A stretch of DNA of 36,346 nt from a virus (Duplodnaviria; Caudoviricetes): positions 1 to 36,346 of the IMG/VR virus record IMGVR_UViG_3300032295_001243; one strand, 5' to 3'. A program made the translations under genes and the position numbers. Of the stretch, positions 32,214 through 36,346 are shown one piece after another. The notes beneath the pieces were generated by a model that worked only from the letters and a program-made list of their open reading frames with translations, searched no databases and was not told the origin of the DNA. Positions within the stretch are counted from its first letter, which is position 1, and every line of letters starts with the position of its first letter.

Positions 32214-33663
32214 TTGCTTGTGGTGTTTGTGTTGGTGTTTCGTTCGGTGTCAGCATCGCCATTTCTCGGTCTTCGATTGTGATGCCTAGCCCTGATTCGT
32301 TGACTGCTTTTTGCTTGAGCTTCTGCATCGTGAGATAGGCGAGGCGTTCGTCGAGACTTTCCTCGGCGGATTTGCCAAGATAGCCCAAAATGTCTTGCGG
32401 ATTCAAGAATCCCGCTTTCCACATCTCGATCAGTTCTTTTGATACGCGCCCATCGTCGATGGTGAGTTTTTTAGGATAGGTAAACTTCCACTTCCACCAA
32501 TCGTTCGCGGCTTGCAGTCTGCCAAGTTTGATGAACTTCGCGGTGACGTAGTTGACGATGCGTGCCGCTGCATACTCCAGCAGGTCTTGACGGTCTTCTA
32601 CGGCTCGCTGTGCGCGTCCAAGGTCGGCGCGTTCTGCTGTGCCTTGTCCCGTTGCGTGCCATACCATCGAATACGGCCAGTTAATGCCGGCAAGCGCCTT
32701 GCGGATGATGCGATTTTGGAAACTCTCCCACATGTCGCCTGGGCGGTCGTTTTTTACGACTTCTAGCTTGCCGCCGCTCTTGGCTGCAAAATAACGCACA
32801 GTGCCGCCTTGATAGTTCTCGGAGATGATTCCTTGCTCATTGGTGCAACTTGTGCCGCCGATGACATTCGCGTTGTCGTCAATGTCGGGCAGTCCAGTTT
32901 CGTTGTGTTCCGTCATGACAATGGACGAAAGCATCAACTGCGCGTATCGCTCCCATTCGTGAGATTGCAGAGCATCGCGCAGGTCATTGATCGCGTGAGT
33001 GAATGCTGGCAATCCGCGCCCTTGTTCCTGCCATGACGGGTCAAAGATATGCACCATGTCGGCGGCGGCGATGTATTGGATAAGCTCGCCGTATTCGTCG
33101 TTGAAGCAATACGCCAATGGCGCACCGTTGCTATAAATGATGCCATCGGTTAGCGTCTTGCCGCGATACTGCCCCGTGGTCAACTTCCCGTCTTCCATTC
33201 CAACGGGCGTTGCAATCCGATGCGCGGGGATTTGCTGGATTCGCGGGTAGTCGTTTTCCGTTTTTGTCAGCAAGATAAACGCCTCGCCATCGCGGTCAAT
33301 GGCGCACGACATGCTGTAAAGGTTCGTCTGAAAAGTATTCTGACCGCCGCGAACGTCGCAGATTTTATACCATTCGTCATTCAGCAAATCCTCGGCTGAT
33401 TGCGCGAACTCTCGATCTTTCGACTTGCTTTGCGCCTGCCATGAGCGACCTACGGAATACATCGCCTTTTGCTGAATTGCTCCAAGCAAAATGCCGTCGT
33501 TAAGATACAGGCGGCGGGAAAACGAAACAAGCGCCTTGCGGTCATACGCTGGCACAAGCTCGCCAATGTCCTTCATTTGCACGGGCTGAAACGGTCTCGC
33601 TGCTGAGTAGCGAACCGCCCCTTGTGCTGCCTTCCATGGCTGTCCGTATTGGTCAACTATCAT
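32206..33663 (-). CDS. Portal protein (lambda family)
   Basis: 485 aa; 'DRDGEAFI', 'IQQIPAHRI', 'MVHIFDP..EQGRGLP'. Confidence 0.88.
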   Translation of the reverse strand: MIVDQYGQPWKAAQGAVRYSAARPFQPVQMKDIGELVPAYDRKALVSFSRRLYLNDGILLGAIQQKAMYSVGRSWQAQSKSKDREFAQSAEDLLNDEWYKICDVRGGQNTFQTNLYSMSCAIDRDGEAFILLTKTENDYPRIQQIPAHRIATPVGMEDGKLTTGQYRGKTLTDGIIYSNGAPLAYCFNDEYGELIQYIAAADMVHIFDPSWQEQGRGLPAFTHAINDLRDALQSHEWERYAQLMLSSIVMTEHNETGLPDIDDNANVIGGTSCTNEQGIISENYQGGTVRYFAAKSGGKLEVVKNDRPGDMWESFQNRIIRKALAGINWPYSMVWHATGQGTAERADLGRAQRAVEDRQDLLEYAAARIVNYVTAKFIKLGRLQAANDWWKWKFTYPKKLTIDDGRVSKELIEMWKAGFLNPQDILGYLGKSAEESLDERLAYLTMQKLKQKAVNESGLGITIEDREMAMLTPNETPTQTPQANG

Positions 33664-33955
33664 AAACGGTTCTGTTAAGCAAATCTCCCACCGTGCGCGA
33701 TTGCGGACGGATTCCGCGCTTAATCCACGCGATTGCTTGGTTCAAAACGACAAGCCGCGTGGTTTCTGGTAAAGATACGAGAACGGTGTAGCTGATGCCG
33801 TTCTTTTGCGAGTTAGTCAGGGTGTTGCCGCCACCTTTGGAAAGCATACCCGTAAGCGCCGCCGTGCGTGCGTTGATGAGTGAACGCAAAATTGATGGGT
33901 CGTCCTGCGCTGCGTCATAATACGCCTGAATCAGTTGTTTTGCCGATACGTCCAC
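33653..33955 (-). CDS. Head completion/adaptor protein (gpW position)
   Basis: Between terL and portal; GTG start supported by TTGACACC at 11 nt. Confidence 0.6.
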   Translation of the reverse strand: MDVSAKQLIQAYYDAAQDDPSILRSLINARTAALTGMLSKGGGNTLTNSQKNGISYTVLVSLPETTRLVVLNQAIAWIKRGIRPQSRTVGDLLNRTVYDS

Positions 33956-33966
33956 GCATGATGCGC

Positions 33967-33974
33967 GGTGTCAA
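33967..33974 (-). promoter_or_regulatory. TTGACACC late motif, 11 nt before GTG 33955
   Basis: Intergenic exact octamer. Confidence 0.75.
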
Positions 33975-33977
33975 AAC

Positions 33978-35696
33978 TTACTCCGCTTCTTCCTCATCTT
34001 GGCGCGTTCCGATTAGTCCAAACATGGAAGCAAGAACAACTTGCATGGCTTCGCAGTCAACGGCATGGTTATCATTGTGCCGCTTTTTCCAGACGGCGGT
34101 TTTCCCTTCGCCGCGCCTAGCTTCTGCGTCAATTTGCCGTAAGTATTCGCGCCCAACGTCATCGGGAATCTCCCATGCAACGCCTTTTTGGTTGCGTAGC
34201 TGATGCAAAATGTCCTTGTGCCGCAAGTTCGACCAGTAGCAAGCCATCGTTTTTTTGCCATTCGCGCTTGTGACGTTTTGATACCGCGAAAACGCTTTGT
34301 AAATCGGTTTCCCTGTCTTGCTCGGATGCGGGTAGCTATCGCGCCCATCGCCGCGCAATGCAAGCCAGCCATATTGATTGCATCGGCTGTAAACTTCGCT
34401 TGTCTGATAGCCGCAGTCGATTTGCGTCTTGCGGTTTTCGACTTTGTAAGTCTCTTGGATGACTTTGCAGCGTTCCCATGTGTCCACTTTGCCAAACCAT
34501 AGCAAGCGGGAGCTGCCATCGTGCCGCCATGCGCGAATCACGCACCAAAAATGGTCTGCTTGCCTATCAAGGGTCATAAACCGATGCGCTTCGTCGTCGA
34601 TCAATTCGCCCTTGTCATACTCGGAAATCAAATACCCGAAGTCCGACAGCGTAACGCGGTTGTCTTCTTGCTCGTCTGACCAGAAATCAGCGAGTCGTTT
34701 CTGAATAAACTGCCGCAGCAAATCCAGATTGCCGCGGCTGACTTCATCCATGGCTTCGCATCGTTCTATGACTAGCCGCCAGAGTGGAAGGCGCCAGTTT
34801 GCCAGCGCGGAATAATGGTAGCCTTTTGAGTCTGGCATTCCTTCCGTCTGCTGTATGTATTTGCCGGCGGTAGCAATCTCGCGGCGGATCTGCGGCTTGT
34901 CTTCGATGTGGTAATCGCAATCAGCATTCGCACACTTGATTCTCGCCGTTTGCGCCATCGTAACGCGGTCCGTGATGGTTTCGTCATAAACTACGTTTTC
35001 CCACCGCCAGCCCTGCCAAGTGCCGCATGACGGGCAACAATACGAAAACTCATATTGCGAAGTTGCCGCCCATTTCTTGTGCCAGTCATCGCCAACATAG
35101 CCGCCTTGACTGAGGAGGTAAAATTGCCGATTCCATCGGTCATGCAATCGCCCCTGAGCCTCGCGGATCATGCCCTTGTCCCATGTCCAAACCTCGTCGC
35201 AGAGAACGCGGCGCATGGATTTTGCTTGCAAGCCTGAGATGTTTGCCCCTGTCAGGAACATGCTCATGTGCGGGAAAATGATTGCATCCTTGCGCAGCTT
35301 GTGACGGTGCTTGCCAGTCGGAAGCAGGCTCGCCGTTTCTCGCGTGTTGCGCAACGTATGTTGCATCCGCGTTTCTGCCCAGTCCTTAATGTCGGCATCG
35401 GTCTGCCCTACGATCATCGTGCCGCCTGGATCTTCACTGATGACAAACGCCAATGCCGCCTCGATCATCGTGGTTTTTCCAGTGCCGACCGGAGCGAGTA
35501 AGCAAACTTCCTTTGCGTCAATGTCAGCGAATGCGTCCAGCGGTTCTCGGAGCCATGGCGCTGAGTCTGCCTGGTAGGTTGGCGAAAGTCCCTCGTAGAG
35601 CGCCACTCTGCCAGTTGCCCATTCACTCGGATGCATCTTTACCGGTGGACGGCACGCGGATCGGAAGGCGGAGAAAAGGATCTCTGTTTTATTCAT
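33978..35696 (-). CDS. terL: Terminase large subunit (lambda GpA family)
   Basis: 'PSEWA', 'PWLREPL', Walker A PVGTGKT, Walker B LCDE, CPSC, 'IDCGY', 'NHAVDC'. Confidence 0.92.
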   Translation of the reverse strand: MNKTEILFSAFRSACRPPVKMHPSEWATGRVALYEGLSPTYQADSAPWLREPLDAFADIDAKEVCLLAPVGTGKTTMIEAALAFVISEDPGGTMIVGQTDADIKDWAETRMQHTLRNTRETASLLPTGKHRHKLRKDAIIFPHMSMFLTGANISGLQAKSMRRVLCDEVWTWDKGMIREAQGRLHDRWNRQFYLLSQGGYVGDDWHKKWAATSQYEFSYCCPSCGTWQGWRWENVVYDETITDRVTMAQTARIKCANADCDYHIEDKPQIRREIATAGKYIQQTEGMPDSKGYHYSALANWRLPLWRLVIERCEAMDEVSRGNLDLLRQFIQKRLADFWSDEQEDNRVTLSDFGYLISEYDKGELIDDEAHRFMTLDRQADHFWCVIRAWRHDGSSRLLWFGKVDTWERCKVIQETYKVENRKTQIDCGYQTSEVYSRCNQYGWLALRGDGRDSYPHPSKTGKPIYKAFSRYQNVTSANGKKTMACYWSNLRHKDILHQLRNQKGVAWEIPDDVGREYLRQIDAEARRGEGKTAVWKKRHNDNHAVDCEAMQVVLASMFGLIGTRQDEEEAE

Positions 35697-35709
35697 CTAC
35701 CGCAGGCGC

Positions 35710-35717
35710 GGTGTCAA
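35710..35717 (-). promoter_or_regulatory. TTGACACC late motif, 13 nt before the terL ATG
   Basis: Exact octamer overlapping the terS stop. Confidence 0.7.
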
Positions 35718-36277
35718 TCAATCTGCCATAGCTCCGATTCTGTTTCACTTAGTTCTGTCAGTAGCTTCTCCGATGACTCTCCGATGATCTTTGCCATGCG
35801 GCTGGGTGATTGCCCCTCCAATGCTGGAGGAAGGTCGGCTTGCATTCGCATTATGCCTGCGCGAATTACCGCGCCTAGCTTCGTGAATGCGTCCCTGACT
35901 TCGTTGACGCTGATGTATGAGGCGTTGAGAACTTCGAGCTTTTGCGCCGAAAGCAAGCCGTCAATCTGAGTCTTTAGCCGCCGCGCCTCTCGCTCGTCAA
36001 GCGTGCGCATCAGCGCGTTTTTTAGCGCCTCTATGTCTTGGTTTTCTTCCGATTGCGCGGGAGTCGGCAGGTAATCGGGATTGATTGTCTTTGGTCTTTT
36101 TTGCAGCCTGGCAACGTGCGCCTTCACGCTCTCGTCGTCTTGGATATTGCATCCGTCATTCTCCCAATGAGCCAAGGTTGCCACGCTAACGCCAATCGCA
36201 AGGCCACGCGCACGAAGCATATCTGTGCGTCCTGTTTTTGGTCTGCCTGCTGGCAATTTTGATGGTTTGTTCGCCAT
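35714..36277 (-). CDS. terS: Terminase small subunit (Nu1-like)
   Basis: N-terminal HTH 'AIGVSVATLAHWENDGC', coiled coil, 'YISVNEV', 'LPPALEG'; upstream of terL. Confidence 0.75.
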   Translation of the reverse strand: MANKPSKLPAGRPKTGRTDMLRARGLAIGVSVATLAHWENDGCNIQDDESVKAHVARLQKRPKTINPDYLPTPAQSEENQDIEALKNALMRTLDEREARRLKTQIDGLLSAQKLEVLNASYISVNEVRDAFTKLGAVIRAGIMRMQADLPPALEGQSPSRMAKIIGESSEKLLTELSETESELWQID

Positions 36278-36301
36278 GAAATGCTGCTTTTCCCGCAATT
36301 A

Positions 36302-36325
36302 GTCAAAAAATCGGCTCATTTTGAC
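36302..36325. repeat. Inverted repeat GTCAAAA-N10-TTTTGAC between cos and terS (cosB-like candidate)
   Basis: Visible inverted repeat. Confidence 0.45.
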
Positions 36326-36333
36326 AAAGTGCG

Positions 36334-36346
36334 ATGAGTCCGCCAC
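36334..36346. repeat. Terminal direct repeat ATGAGTCCGCCAC (right copy)
   Basis: Identical to bases 1-13. Confidence 0.9.

Noticed and set aside
388-36262. Plus-strand ORFs in the six-frame track (e.g. 8239-8874, 28782-29459, 29942-30481)
   Set aside because: All are antisense shadows of well-supported minus-strand genes and show no motifs
1-36346. Stop-codon reassignment
   Set aside because: Standard code gives intact, densely tiled genes

Overview
This looks like a complete ~36.3 kb tailed-phage genome (lambda-like packaging, short non-contractile tail). It is opened at a 13-nt terminal repeat just upstream of terS that behaves like a cos cohesive end. Essentially all credible protein genes are on the minus strand. 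Reading right to left: terS, GpA-type terL, gpW-like, lambda-type portal, ClpP protease with nested scaffold, major capsid, a glycosyltransferase/O-methyltransferase cassette, a minimal ATP-dependent DNA ligase, neck and tail genes (lambda-type GGGAAAG frameshift, 420-aa tape measure), tail fibre, lysis genes and a metallophosphoesterase. These are followed by early/replication modules (SSB-like, DNA methyltransferase, RecT, YqaJ exonuclease, RuvC-like, initiator with iterons, DnaC-like, SF2 helicase, several HTH proteins). No integrase, CI-type repressor, ParA or DNA polymerase was recognised. The most unusual signals are: (1) an exact octamer TTGACACC 11-17 nt before the start codons of seven late genes, too close to be a -35 box; (2) one plus-strand transcription unit making a structured RNA that ends in a tRNA-like cloverleaf with a truncated anticodon arm; (3) a probable virion glycosylation/sugar-methylation system inside the structural operon; (4) a repeated early promoter design with a 14-bp operator; (5) an attenuator with a kissing-loop ahead of the replication initiator. 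All protein calls come from motif recognition by eye, without database searches.
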